NCBI GenBank assembly: GCA_963721105.1
Contig: CAVRHY010000003.1
Coordinates: 2,509 to 66,508, forward strand
Length of the DNA: 64,000 nucleotides
Reading direction: 5' to 3'
From: an uncultured Alphaproteobacteria bacterium
GTDB lineage: Bacteria > Pseudomonadota > Alphaproteobacteria > Rhodobacterales > Rhodobacteraceae
Position 1 is the stretch's first letter. The number at the start of each line of letters is the position of its first letter. The notes beneath the pieces were generated by a model, which was given only the letters and a program-made list of their open reading frames with translations, was not told where the DNA came from and ran no database searches. The position numbers and the translations under genes were made by a program. This document shows, in pieces, positions 21,203 to 31,669 of this stretch.

Positions 21203-21931
21203 CTACTGCTTGCGCTGCTTGCGGCGGGCGAAGGTGTTCAGGACCTCGACCAGCCCGGAGAAGGCCATCGCGGCGTAGATGTAGCCCTTGGGCACGTGCA
21301 TGCCGAAGCCGTCGGCGATGAGGACCATGCCGATCATCAGGAGGAAGCTGAGCGCCAGCATGACGACGGTCGGATTCGCCTCGATGAAGCGCGACAGCGG
21401 GCCCGAGGCGAACGCCATGCAGGCGACCGCGATGACGACCGCGATGCACATGATCGCCAGGTGATCGGTCATGCCGACGGCGGTGATGATGCTGTCGATC
21501 GAGAACACCAGGTCCAGCAGCAGGATCTGCACGATCGCCGAGGCGACGCCCATTCCGGCCCCGCCGGCGGCATCCTCGGGCGCCTCGTCCGGGTCGACAT
21601 GGGTGTGGATCTCGCGGGTCGCCTTCCAGACCAGGAACAGGCCGCCGGCCAGCATGATCAGGTCCTTCCACGAGAAGCCGTGGTTGAACAGGTCGAAGAC
21701 CGGGTAGGTCAGCGTGACGATCCAGGCGATGACCGAGAGCAGCGCCAGCCGCAGTCCCAGAGCGCCGCCGAGACCGATGAAGCGCGCCCGCTTGCGGTGC
21801 TCGGCCGGCAGCTTGTTCGTCAGGATCGAGATGAAGACCAGGTTGTCGATGCCGAGCACGATCTCCATCACGACCAGCGTGACGAGCGCGATCCAAGCCT
21901 CCGGGCTGGCAATCAGCGCGGCGATGTCCAT
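21203..21931 (-). CDS. TerC-family membrane protein
   Basis: [29 protein letters not shown] and [12 protein letters not shown]. Confidence 0.92.
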   Translation of the reverse strand: MDIAALIASPEAWIALVTLVVMEIVLGIDNLVFISILTNKLPAEHRKRARFIGLGGALGLRLALLSVIAWIVTLTYPVFDLFNHGFSWKDLIMLAGGLFLVWKATREIHTHVDPDEAPEDAAGGAGMGVASAIVQILLLDLVFSIDSIITAVGMTDHLAIMCIAVVIAVACMAFASGPLSRFIEANPTVVMLALSFLLMIGMVLIADGFGMHVPKGYIYAAMAFSGLVEVLNTFARRKQRKQ

Positions 21932-21968
21932 GAAGCCCCCTCGGCAGCCCGGCTAAAGGTCGGAAACC

Positions 21969-22394
21969 TCAGATGGCGAACGAGGTTCCACAGCCGCAGG
22001 TCGATGTGGCGTTCGGGTTCTCGACGGCGAAGCGGGCGCCGATCAGCTCGTCGCGGAAATCGACGACGGAGCCGGCAAGGAAGGGCAGAGATTCCGGGTC
22101 GACCAGCACGCGCTGGCCGTTCGCCTCGATCACGGTGTCGCCCTCGGCGGGAGCGTCCGCCAGCTCGAACTCGTACTGGAAGCCCGAGCAGCCGCCGCCC
22201 AGCACGGCGACGCGGAGCGCCTTGCGCTCGCCCGAATCCTCGGCGATCTCGGCCAGCCGCGCGAAGGCACGCTCGGTCACGCTGACGGCGGCCACCGTCG
22301 CGGCGGTCGCCGACTCGGGTGTGGAGTCGGCCGTCGGAGCCGTCGCGGCGGACTTCAGGTCGGGAACAGCCTTCATTTCGGGCGCGGCTCGCAT
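21969..22394 (-). CDS. erpA: A-type Fe-S carrier ErpA/HesB
   Basis: GGGCSGFQY and NPNATSTCGCGTSF; divergent from dgt as in other alphaproteobacteria. Confidence 0.9.
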   Translation of the reverse strand: MRAAPEMKAVPDLKSAATAPTADSTPESATAATVAAVSVTERAFARLAEIAEDSGERKALRVAVLGGGCSGFQYEFELADAPAEGDTVIEANGQRVLVDPESLPFLAGSVVDFRDELIGARFAVENPNATSTCGCGTSFAI

Positions 22395-22477
22395 TTTCCT
22401 GACCCTCTCCTTGGGTTATAGGCACCTGAAATGTATCCATCGCACGCCCGCAGACAAGAGGCGGGCCCGGAGGGGAT

Positions 22478-23659
22478 ATGGACGCCCGCCTCGCGCCCTA
22501 CGCGGCGCACCCGGAAAATAGCCGCGGCCGGCTGCACGCCGAGCCGGAGAGCGCGCATCGCTCGCCGTTCCAGCGCGACCGCGACCGGATCATCCATTCC
22601 TCGGCCTTTCGCCGACTGAAGCACAAGACGCAGGTCTTCGTCGAGCACGAAGGCGACTATTACCGCACGCGGCTGACGCATTCGATCGAGGTGGCGCAGA
22701 TCGCGCGCACCATGGCTCGCACGCTGCGGCTGAACGAGGACCTGGCCGAGGCGGTGGCGCTGGCGCACGACCTGGGCCACACGCCGTTCGGCCATACGGG
22801 CGAGGATGCGCTGGCCGAGTGCATGGGCCAGTTCGGCGGCTTTGACCACAACGCGCAGGCACTGAAGATCGTCACCGAGCTGGAGCGGCACTACGCCGAT
22901 TTCGACGGGCTGAACCTGACATGGGAGACGCTGGAGGGCATCGCCAAGCATAACGGGCCACTCTTGCCCACGCGCGACGCGCCCGGCGACTCGCTGCCGC
23001 TGGCGATCGCCGACTACGTCCGCCGGCACGACCTGGAGCTGCACGGCCAGGCCAGTGCCGAGGCGCAGGTGGCGGCGCTGTCGGACGACATCGCCTATGT
23101 CAACCACGACCTGCATGACGGGCTGCAGGCCGGGCTTTTCGCGGTCGAGGACATCACCGGGCTGCCGCTGGTCGCCGGCTGCTTCGCCGAGGTTGACCGG
23201 CAGTGGCCAGGGCTGGATCCGACGCGGCGCCGGCACGAAGCACTGCGCCGCGTCTTCGGCCTGATGGTCGAGGACGCGCTGGCCTGCTCGGCGGCGCGGC
23301 TGGCCGAGGCGGCGCCGGGCTCGCTGGCCGAGGTGCAGGCGCTGACGGGGCCGGTCATCGCGTTCCGGGACGAGACGGCGGCCGGGATCGCCGAGATCAA
23401 GGCGTTCCTTTTCGTCCGCATGTACCGCCACCACCGCGTCAAGCGGATGCGCGTCAAGGCGGTGCGCGTCGTGCGCGACCTGTTCGGCGTATTCCTGGCC
23501 GATCCTGGCGTGCTGCCCGACGGGTGGCGCGAGGCCGTGGAGGCGGCCGGGAGCGAGACGTTGCGTGCGCGCATCGTCGCCGACTATATCGCCGGCATGA
23601 CAGACCGCTTCGCGCTCGATGAACACCGGGCGCTGACCGACCCCCTTGCCCGCGCCTGA
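22478..23659 (+). CDS. dgt: dGTP triphosphohydrolase (HD domain)
   Basis: [41 protein letters not shown] and DYIAGMTD. Confidence 0.95.
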   Translation: MDARLAPYAAHPENSRGRLHAEPESAHRSPFQRDRDRIIHSSAFRRLKHKTQVFVEHEGDYYRTRLTHSIEVAQIARTMARTLRLNEDLAEAVALAHDLGHTPFGHTGEDALAECMGQFGGFDHNAQALKIVTELERHYADFDGLNLTWETLEGIAKHNGPLLPTRDAPGDSLPLAIADYVRRHDLELHGQASAEAQVAALSDDIAYVNHDLHDGLQAGLFAVEDITGLPLVAGCFAEVDRQWPGLDPTRRRHEALRRVFGLMVEDALACSAARLAEAAPGSLAEVQALTGPVIAFRDETAAGIAEIKAFLFVRMYRHHRVKRMRVKAVRVVRDLFGVFLADPGVLPDGWREAVEAAGSETLRARIVADYIAGMTDRFALDEHRALTDPLARA

Positions 23660-23729
23660 ACGCGCGGCCAGCCTTGGATTGGCCTGCCCGCTGGCTGGCC
23701 CGCCCGAAACTCCCGAAAGGAGCTATCCC

Positions 23730-25469
23730 GTGAACCTGTTCGCCGAGGTCAAGCAGGACGTCGACCGCGCGCTCGCCGCGCTGGTCGCGCGCGGGACGCT
23801 GCCCGAGGAAATCGCAACCGGCGCCGTCACGGTCGAACCGCCGCGCGACCCGGCGCATGGCGACATGGCGACGAATGCCGCGATGGTGCTGGCCAGGCCC
23901 GCCGGGGCAAAGCCGCGCGAACTGGCCGAGGCGCTGGCGGGCGTGCTGCGCGACAGCGGGCGGTTTGCCGAGGTGACGGTCGCCGGGCCCGGCTTCATCA
24001 ACCTGCGCCTCGCCGCGCCGGAGTGGCACCGCGTCCTCGCCGCGGCGCTGCGGGCCGATGCCGACTATGGCCGCGCGCCGGCGGGGCAGGGCAGGGTGAA
24101 CGTCGAGTTCGTCTCGGCCAATCCGACCGGGCCCCTGCATGTCGGCCACACGCGCGGCGCCGTCTTCGGCGACGCGCTGGCCAACCTTCTGGCGTTCGCC
24201 GGCTGGGAGGTCACCCGCGAGTACTACGTCAACGATGGCGGCGGCCAGGTCGACGTGCTCGCCCGCTCGGCCTACTACCGGTACCGCGAGGCCAATGGCG
24301 AGGCGATCGAGATCGGCGCCGGCCTCTATCCCGGCGACTACCTGGTCCCTGTCGGCCGTGCGCTGAAGGAGACCTTCGGCGACACGCTGATGGACGTGCC
24401 CGAGGACGAGTGGCTGCCCCGCGTCCGCGACTTTGCCATCCAGGCGATGATGGAGCTGATTCGCGAGGACCTGGGCGCGCTGGGCGTCCGCATGGACGAA
24501 TTCTACTCCGAGCGCTCGCTCTACGGCACCGGCCGGATCGAGGCGACGCTGGAGGACCTGACGGCGCGCGGCCTGATCTACACCGGCGTGCTGGAGCCGC
24601 CGAAGGGCAAGGCGCCCGAGGACTGGGAGCCGCGGCCGCAGACGCTGTTCCGCTCGACCGCGCATGGCGACGACGTCGACCGGCCGATCCGCAAGGCGGA
24701 CGGGGCGTGGACCTACTTCGCCCCCGACATCGCCTACCACAAGGACAAGATCGACCGCGGCTACGACCTGCTGATCGACGTGCTGGGCGCCGACCATGGC
24801 GGCTATGTCAAGCGGATGAAGGCGGCGGTCTCGGCGCTGTCGGACGGGCGGGTGCCGCTGGACATCAAGCTGTGCCAGCTCGTGCGCCTGTTCAAGGGGG
24901 GCGCCGAGTTCAAGATGTCCAAGCGGGCTGGCACCTTCGTCACGCTTCGTGATGTGCTGGACGAGGTCGGACCGGACGTTACGCGCTTTACGATGCTGAC
25001 CCGGCGCAACGACGCGCCGCTGGATTTCGACTTCAGCAAGGCGCTGGAACAGGCCAAGGAAAATCCCGTCTGGTACGTCCAGTACGCCAATGCGCGGACC
25101 CATTCCGCCTTCCGCAAGGCGGCCGAGGAGGGCGTCGCGCCCGACCCGTCCGGGTTGGCCGAGGCCGACCTTTCGGCGCTGACGGACACGGGCGAGCTCG
25201 ACATCATGCGCCGCATCGCCGAGTGGCCGCGCCAGGTCGAGACCGCGGCGGCGCAGCACGAGCCGCACCGGATCACCTTCTACCTCTACGATCTCGCCTC
25301 GGCGTTCAACGCGCAGTGGAACCGCGGCCAGGACGAGCCCGCCCTGCGCTTCGTCCGGTCGGACGACGCGCAGGCGACGCGCGCGAGACTCGCGCTGGTG
25401 ATGGCCGTCAGAGTTGTTATTTCCTCGGGTCTTGCTATTCTCGGCGTGGCTCCGATGCACGAAATGTAA
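23730..25469 (+). CDS. argS: Arginyl-tRNA synthetase
   Basis: GTG start after AAAGGAG; [32 protein letters not shown] and YVQYANAR. Confidence 0.96.
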   Translation: MNLFAEVKQDVDRALAALVARGTLPEEIATGAVTVEPPRDPAHGDMATNAAMVLARPAGAKPRELAEALAGVLRDSGRFAEVTVAGPGFINLRLAAPEWHRVLAAALRADADYGRAPAGQGRVNVEFVSANPTGPLHVGHTRGAVFGDALANLLAFAGWEVTREYYVNDGGGQVDVLARSAYYRYREANGEAIEIGAGLYPGDYLVPVGRALKETFGDTLMDVPEDEWLPRVRDFAIQAMMELIREDLGALGVRMDEFYSERSLYGTGRIEATLEDLTARGLIYTGVLEPPKGKAPEDWEPRPQTLFRSTAHGDDVDRPIRKADGAWTYFAPDIAYHKDKIDRGYDLLIDVLGADHGGYVKRMKAAVSALSDGRVPLDIKLCQLVRLFKGGAEFKMSKRAGTFVTLRDVLDEVGPDVTRFTMLTRRNDAPLDFDFSKALEQAKENPVWYVQYANARTHSAFRKAAEEGVAPDPSGLAEADLSALTDTGELDIMRRIAEWPRQVETAAAQHEPHRITFYLYDLASAFNAQWNRGQDEPALRFVRSDDAQATRARLALVMAVRVVISSGLAILGVAPMHEM

Positions 25470-25535
25470 TCAGAGATCCCACAAGGGACGGTATCGGCGC
25501 CGGGCAGTTCCCCAAGAGAAGGGGCGGGGCAGGCA

Positions 25536-26650
25536 ATGAGACCGGATCTATCGCTCGACGAGTTCGAGCCGTTCGAGGACGAACCCTCGCGCCTGTCGCG
25601 TATCAGGCGCGGGCTGTCGACAGCGATCGGCGCCTGCGTGGCGGTGGCGCTTCTGGTGGGGCTGGGCGTCTGGTTCTATCGCCTCGGCGCGCGCGACGCC
25701 GAGAACGTGCCGATCATCCGCGCCTCGACCGAGCCGGCCAAGACCCGGCCCGATGATCCGGGCGGGGCCGTCGCGCCACACCAGGACATCACCAGCTACA
25801 GCGTCGCCGAGAGCAAACCGGCGCAGGCCACCGCCGCCGTCATCGCGCCGCCGCCGCCCGAGCCGAAGCGCGAGGACGTGGCGATGGGCACGCTGCCGCC
25901 CGAGCCGATCGAGCGTCCGGCGACCCCTGCGCCGCCTGTGAGCGCCACGCAGCCGCGGGTCGGCCAGTCCACGGCCGACCAGCCCGCTCCGCTGGCCCGG
26001 CCGACCGCAGCGGAGGCCGCTGCCGCCATCGCCAGCGGCGCGGTTCGCGCCCGGGCCGAGGCGAGCCGGGCCGCCGAGCCTGAGCCCGCGCCCGCCCGGG
26101 CAGAGACGCCGGAGGGCGGGGCGGTGCTGGCCCTCGCCGAGACGCCCGTGGCTGGCGCGACCGCGCAAACTGCCGAGAGCGCCGGGTCCGGGGGAGACCT
26201 GGTCTCGCGTACCGGGCCAGAGCCTGCGCCTGCCGAGTCGGTCTGCGGCCGGTGCTGGACCCGGTGCCGGACGCGTCGGAGTACGCGCCGCCGCTGACGC
26301 CGCTCGCCCGCCCCCGCCCGCCGGACCTGAAGGAGCGCATGGTGGCGGCTGTCGAGGCCGCCGAGCAGAGCGCCAGCGACCTCGTCCGGCGCGCCGCCGA
26401 ATCGGCGGTCCAGGTGCAACTGGCCGCCGACCCCTCCGAGGACGTGGTGCGCGCGATGTGGCGCCGCATCAGCCACGCCAATGCCGACATCCTGCACGAC
26501 CGCGAACTCGCCGTGCAAACCACCGTATCGGGGGGCACCAAGTTCTACAGGCTGCGCGTTGGCCCGTTCGCCGGCGTGTCCGAGGCGCGCGCCGTCTGCC
26601 AGGCGCTGAAGGCGCGCGGCCAGGACTGCATCGTCGCCCGGAACGGCTGA
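25536..26650 (+). CDS. SPOR-domain membrane-anchored protein; frameshift near 26245
   Basis: N-terminal TM helix, Pro/Ala-rich linker, C-terminal VQLAA...FYRLRVGPF...CQALKARGQDC SPOR motif; argS-SPOR-nagZ synteny. Confidence 0.88.
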
Positions 26651-26653
26651 GCG

Positions 26654-27676
26654 ATGGCCACCAGCGCCATCCTCGGGCTGTCCGGGCCCGGGCTGACTCC
26701 ACAGGAGGCCGCGTTCTTCCGCGAGGTCGATCCTTGGGGGTTTATCCTGTTCGCCCGCAACGTCGCCGACCCGGCGCAGCTGACGCGCCTGACCGCGAGC
26801 TTGCGCGAAACCGTCGGGCGCGACGCGCCGGTGCTGGTCGACCAGGAGGGCGGGCGCGTCCAGCGCCTCCGGCCGCCGCACTGGCGCCGCTGGCGGGACG
26901 TGCTTGCGCTGTTCGACGGCCCTCATGCAGACGGCGTCGACGAGGCGCGCGCTCTGGAGGCGGCACGCCTGCGCTACCGCATCATCGCCGACGAGCTGGC
27001 ATCGGTCGGCATCGACGTCGACTGCGCCCCAGTGCTGGACGTGCCGGCGCCCGATGGCCACGCGATCATCGGTGCGCGCGCGCTCGGCCAGGCGGCCGAG
27101 GACGTGGCGCGCCGGGGCCGGGCAGTCTGCGAAGGGTTGCTGGCCGGCGGCGTGCTGCCTGTCATCAAGCACATCCCCGGGCATGGCCGCGCCCCGGTCG
27201 ATTCGCATCACGCGCTGCCGCGGGTGGCGGCCGTGCGGTCCGAGCTGGAGCGCGTCGACTTCGTCCCGTTCCGCGCGCTGGCCGACCAGGCGCTGGGGAT
27301 GACGGCGCATGTCGTCTACGAGGCGATCGACCCGGAGCGCTGCGCGACGCTGTCGCCGGCCGTCGTCGAGGTCATCCGCCGCGACATCGGCTTCGACGGC
27401 CTGCTGATGACGGACGACCTGTCGATGCGGGCGCTCTCCGGCCCTATGGATCTGCGAGTCCGTGACGCCTTGGCGGCCGGCTGCGACGTCATTCTGCACT
27501 GCAACGGCGAATTGGCCGAGATGCAGGCGGTCGCCGGCGCCGTCCCGCCGCTCTCCGGCCGCGCGGCCGAGCGCGCCGGGCGCGCCGAGGCAGCGCGCCG
27601 CGCCCCAGATCGCGTCGACATCGCCGCCGCCGAGGCGCGTTACCAGGAGCTGACGGGAGAGGCGCTGCATGGCTGA
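26654..27676 (+). CDS. nagZ: Beta-N-acetylhexosaminidase (GH3)
   Basis: DQEGGRVQRL, KHIPGHGRAPVDSH and MTDDLSM. Confidence 0.95.
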   Translation: MATSAILGLSGPGLTPQEAAFFREVDPWGFILFARNVADPAQLTRLTASLRETVGRDAPVLVDQEGGRVQRLRPPHWRRWRDVLALFDGPHADGVDEARALEAARLRYRIIADELASVGIDVDCAPVLDVPAPDGHAIIGARALGQAAEDVARRGRAVCEGLLAGGVLPVIKHIPGHGRAPVDSHHALPRVAAVRSELERVDFVPFRALADQALGMTAHVVYEAIDPERCATLSPAVVEVIRRDIGFDGLLMTDDLSMRALSGPMDLRVRDALAAGCDVILHCNGELAEMQAVAGAVPPLSGRAAERAGRAEAARRAPDRVDIAAAEARYQELTGEALHG

Positions 27677-28520
27677 GACCGCCTTCATCGAGCCCGAACC
27701 CTTCGACACGCCGCCGCGCGATGCCGCGGTCCGCGACGACGCGGCGATCGAGGCCGAGACGCTGCTGGTCGCCGTCGACGGCTTCGAGGGGCCGCTCGAC
27801 CTTTTGCTGACGCTGGCCCGCACGCAGAAGGTGGATCTCGCGAAGATCTCGGTGCTGAAGCTGGCCGAGCAGTATCTGGCCTTCGTCGAGCAGGCACGCG
27901 AGCTGCGCATCGAGCTGGCCGCCGACTACCTGGTGATGGCCGCCTGGCTCGCCTTCCTGAAATCGCGCCTGCTGCTGCCGAAGCCCGCCGAGGAGGACGG
28001 CCCGTCGGGCGAGGAACTGGCCGCCCGCCTGGCCTTTCAGCTTGAGCGCCTCTCGGCGATGCGCGAGGCGGCGGCGCAGCTGATGGCGCGCGACCAGCTC
28101 GGCCGCGACTTTTTCGCCCGCGGCGCGCCCGAGGCGATCGCCGTCGACCGCCAGGTCGAGTGGAGCGTCTCGCTGGCCGACCTTCTGCGCGGTTATGCGC
28201 GCGTGATGACGCGCGACGAGTACCGCCCGCTGGCCGTCGAGCGCCCGGCCGTGTTCTCGATCGAGGCGGCCGTCACGCGCCTTCGCGGCGTTATCGGCGC
28301 CTCGGCAGACTGGTCGCGCCTCGTCGCCTTCCTGCCCGATGGGTGGCGCGACCAGCCGGTGCGCCGCCGATCGGCGGTCGCCAGCTCGTTCTCGGCGATG
28401 CTGGAACTGGCCAAGCTGGGCGAGCTGGAAATCCGCCAGGAAGGCGTCTTTGCCCCGATCTTCCTGCGAAGGCGGCAGGATGGCGCGGTCCGGGGCGACG
28501 ACGGGCTGGCGGCGGGGTGA
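27669..28520 (+). CDS. scpA: Segregation and condensation protein A
   Basis: FEGPLDLLL and AADYLVMAAWLAFLKSRLLLP. Confidence 0.95.
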   Translation: MAETAFIEPEPFDTPPRDAAVRDDAAIEAETLLVAVDGFEGPLDLLLTLARTQKVDLAKISVLKLAEQYLAFVEQARELRIELAADYLVMAAWLAFLKSRLLLPKPAEEDGPSGEELAARLAFQLERLSAMREAAAQLMARDQLGRDFFARGAPEAIAVDRQVEWSVSLADLLRGYARVMTRDEYRPLAVERPAVFSIEAAVTRLRGVIGASADWSRLVAFLPDGWRDQPVRRRSAVASSFSAMLELAKLGELEIRQEGVFAPIFLRRRQDGAVRGDDGLAAG

Positions 28521-29206
28521 GCGAGCCGCCCGAGAAGCCCGAGACTCGCGGGGCCACCGTCCACGCGCTGTTCGAGGGGCCGGCCGGCGGTGAGGTCGAG
28601 CGAATGGTCGAGGCGCTGCTGTTCGCCAGCGCCGAGCCGCTGGCGCAGCCCGCCATCCAGGAGCGGCTGCCCGAGGGCAGCGACGCCACCCAGGCGCTGG
28701 AGGCGCTGCGCCGGCGCTATCAGGGCAGGGGAGTCAACCTGGTCCGCGTCGGCGCCGGCTGGGCCTTCCGCACCGCGCCCGATCTCGGCTGGCTGATGCG
28801 GCGCGAGGCGCAGGAGTCGAAGCGTTTGTCGCGCGCCGCCACCGAGACGCTGGCGATCATCGCCTATCACCAGCCGGTCACGCGCGCCGAGATCGAGGAG
28901 ATCCGCGGCGTCTCGGTGTCACGCGGCACGCTCGACCTGCTGCTCGAGCTGGACTGGATCAGGCTCGGCCGCCGGCGCGAGACGCCGGGGCGTCCGGCCA
29001 CGTTCGTCGTGACGCAGGCCTTTCTCGACCATTTCGGCCTCGAGAGCGCGCGCGACCTGCCCGGGCTGAAGGAACTGCGCGCTGCCGGTCTGCTCGACAG
29101 CGCCGTCCCGACGGGAGAGGCCGGGCCGGACGGCGAGGACACACCCGACATGTTTGGCGAGGAGCCCAGCGACGACGCCGGCGACGGGCAGGATCGCGAG
29201 GCGTAG
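28517..29206 (+). CDS. scpB: Segregation and condensation protein B
   Basis: GTGA overlap with scpA; VEALLFAS, LSRAATETLAIIAYHQPVTRAEIEEIRGV and FLDHFGL. Confidence 0.95.
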   Translation: MSEPPEKPETRGATVHALFEGPAGGEVERMVEALLFASAEPLAQPAIQERLPEGSDATQALEALRRRYQGRGVNLVRVGAGWAFRTAPDLGWLMRREAQESKRLSRAATETLAIIAYHQPVTRAEIEEIRGVSVSRGTLDLLLELDWIRLGRRRETPGRPATFVVTQAFLDHFGLESARDLPGLKELRAAGLLDSAVPTGEAGPDGEDTPDMFGEEPSDDAGDGQDREA

Positions 29207-29332
29207 ACGCAATCGACCAGACGATGTGGCGTCTGGAGGCCGATGAACCGCCGATCCTTTCGGCCCATGCGCGACGCGGCCCTCGGCGGGCGGCGCCCAG
29301 GAACCCCGGTCGGTAGGGTCGGGCAGCGCCCA

Positions 29333-29358
29333 GGAACCCCGCCAGGTGACGGAGCGTT
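29333..29358 (+). promoter_or_regulatory. EcfG (general stress response) sigma-type promoter
   Basis: GGAAC-N17-CGTT about 55 nt upstream of the yqaE/pmp3 start. Confidence 0.65.
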
Positions 29359-29411
29359 GGCTTGCCAAGCTGGCGCGCGCGGCGCGCCGACAGTCACTTG
29401 TCGGAGGCACC

Positions 29412-29570
29412 ATGGACATTCTTCGCATCATCGTGGCGATCATTCTGCCGCCGCTCGGGGTATTCCTGCAGGTCGGCTTTGGCGGCCAGTTCTGGCTGAA
29501 CATCCTGCTGACGCTGCTGGGCTACATTCCCGGCATCGTTCACGCGCTCTACATCATCCTCAGCCGGTAG
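29412..29570 (+). CDS. YqaE/Pmp3-family small membrane protein
   Basis: GGAGG SD; MDILRIIVAIILPPLGVFLQVGFGGQFWLNILLTLLGYIPGIVHALYII. Confidence 0.95.
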   Translation: MDILRIIVAIILPPLGVFLQVGFGGQFWLNILLTLLGYIPGIVHALYIILSR

Positions 29571-29725
29571 ACTGTCATTCGCGCGGGAACCATCGGCCGC
29601 GAACCAGCACGACCAGGCTCAGGGTCCGACCGCCGTCGCCTGCGACCCCGCTCGCCGCGGCGCGGCCGCCGATCCTGCGCCTTCAAAAACCGCAGCGTCA
29701 GCCGGCGCGCTGGGCGACGCGAACC

Positions 29726-30211
29726 TCAGCCGAGGCCAGAGGGCGGCCGGTTCGGCCGTCCGGGCGCCGCCGGCTCGTCCCGGCCGCCCCGGGCCGGAGC
29801 GGGCGGCTCTTCGCGATCGGCAGAAAGCGTCATGCGCCCGCCTTGTCGTCCGCCGGGCGCTTCGGCGCGGCCTGCATCGCGCGCGTCGCCCGGGTGCTCG
29901 GTCGGGCGCTCGGGCTGGGGAGCGGTGTCGATACCCCCAGCGCGCAGGCGGCCGGGCGGCACGAAACGCGGCTCGGGCTCGAGCTCGCGGCGGAAGACGA
30001 GGACTGCGCGGTGTACCTCGTGCGCGCGGCTGAAGATCCCGCGCTTTTCCTCGACGGGTACCAGGTCGGTGCGCTGGTACTCCCAGCCATCGACGGCCTC
30101 GGCGCCGATGATTTCCTGCATCGCCAGCGCCACCCGGTCGGAGCGCCCGCGCACGCCGCGCTGCCGCTTCGGCCGCTCCGGAGCGCCCACGCACTTGTAC
30201 TCGAACCCCAT
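29726..30211 (-). CDS. DUF4177-like protein
   Basis: MGFEYKCVGAP...GAEAVDGWEYQRTD...VLVFRR, then a low-complexity tail. Confidence 0.7.
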   Translation of the reverse strand: MGFEYKCVGAPERPKRQRGVRGRSDRVALAMQEIIGAEAVDGWEYQRTDLVPVEEKRGIFSRAHEVHRAVLVFRRELEPEPRFVPPGRLRAGGIDTAPQPERPTEHPGDARDAGRAEAPGGRQGGRMTLSADREEPPAPARGGRDEPAAPGRPNRPPSGLG

Positions 30212-30420
30212 CTCGCCCCTCGCCTGTCGCGGCACGATTCGCCGGTTCCGCGGAATTTCCCCGAAGGCGGCCGGGGGCACAAGGGCCGTCCGGTGCCCGG
30301 GTCGAAAGGTTTCATGTCCTGGCGGCAAACGCGCCCGGCTCGGCGACCTGCACGCGTGCGCCGTGGGCGGCAGACCTGCGCCGGGGCGGCCACTTGCGCG
30401 GGCGTTTCGCCGCGCCACCT

Positions 30421-30446
30421 GCAACACTTGCCGCCACGGCTGCGTT
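30421..30446 (+). promoter_or_regulatory. Possible EcfG-type promoter
   Basis: GCAAC-N17-CGTT (one mismatch to GGAAC) 47 nt upstream of the ATG at 30493. Confidence 0.45.
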
Positions 30447-30492
30447 AGATGGCGCTGGCGGCATCGGCCGCGGTCCCTGTCAGGAAGAGTCC

Positions 30493-31485
30493 ATGAAGAT
30501 TTTCCAGTGCCCGGCCTGCGGCGAGGCCCTTTTCTTTGAAAACGCCACCTGCTCCTGCGGCGCCGAGGTCGGCTACGACCCCGACCGCGCCGACTTTACC
30601 ACCCAGTTCGTCCCCTGCGCCAACCGGCAGGTAATCGGCTGCAACTGGATCGTCGAGGCCGGCGGCACGCTCTGCCGCGCCTGCGCGATGACCGAGGTCA
30701 TCCCCGACACGTTTCACGCCGAGAACCGCGAGCACTGGGCCGAGGCCGAGCAGGCCAAGCGCTGGGTGCTGGCGAACCTTGGCCGCTGGGGATGGTTCGG
30801 CCCGGGCGACCCGGGGCCGCGCCCGGTCTTTCGCCTGCTGGCCGAGCAGACCGCGGCCGGTGCGGTGCAGGTCATGATGGGCCATGACGAGGGCGTCGTC
30901 ACCATAAACGTCACCGAGGCCGATCCGGCCGAGCGCGTCCGGCGTCGCGTCGAGCTGCACGAGCCGATGCGCACGATGATCGGTCACTTCCGGCACGAGC
31001 TCGGGCACTTCTTCTTCACCCGGCTGGCAGCGGACCCGCAGTTTCCCGAGGCCTTCCGCGCGCTCTTCGGCGACGAGCGGGCCGATTACGGCGAGGCGCT
31101 GCAGCGCCATTACGCCCAGGGCGCCCCGGCGAACTGGCAGCGGAGCTATATCTCGGCCTACTCGACCGCGCACCCGCACGAGGACTGGGCGGAGTGCTTT
31201 GCGCACCTCTTGCACCTGGCGGACATCACCGACAGCTTCATGGCCTCGGGCCTCAGCTCGAACGACGCGCCGGATCCGGACTACGATCCCTATGCCGAGA
31301 CCGATCCGCAGCGCCTGATCACCTTCGGCGCCGAGCTCGGCATCGCGCTGAACCACGTCAACCGCTCGATGGGACTGTCGGACATCTACCCCTTCGTCCT
31401 GTCGCCGCCGATCCGCGACAAGCTCGGCTTCGTCCACCGCTGGATGCACCGCGCCCGCCCGGTCGAGGCCCGCGGCGCCGCCTGA
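30493..31485 (+). CDS. Putative zinc-binding metallopeptidase (DUF2248-like) with N-terminal zinc ribbon
   Basis: CPAC...CSC...CRAC ribbon, GHFRHELGH (HExxH), HPHEDWAECFAHLLH and NRSMGLSDIYPFVL. Confidence 0.88.
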   Translation: MKIFQCPACGEALFFENATCSCGAEVGYDPDRADFTTQFVPCANRQVIGCNWIVEAGGTLCRACAMTEVIPDTFHAENREHWAEAEQAKRWVLANLGRWGWFGPGDPGPRPVFRLLAEQTAAGAVQVMMGHDEGVVTINVTEADPAERVRRRVELHEPMRTMIGHFRHELGHFFFTRLAADPQFPEAFRALFGDERADYGEALQRHYAQGAPANWQRSYISAYSTAHPHEDWAECFAHLLHLADITDSFMASGLSSNDAPDPDYDPYAETDPQRLITFGAELGIALNHVNRSMGLSDIYPFVLSPPIRDKLGFVHRWMHRARPVEARGAA

Positions 31486-31669
31486 GCGAACTACGCCCGG
31501 TTGGAGATCCACCCTGCCGATTCGGCCAGACGCGAGCCGGCGCTGTGCGCGCCTGGCTCATCGACCTCCTACCGTTGCCCCTGTTGTAACTGTCACATGT
31601 GGCGGCTACGCTCAGACTGTCGGGGCGCTCGGATTCCGTGCGCGCCGCCCAACAGGGGGAGTCACAATA

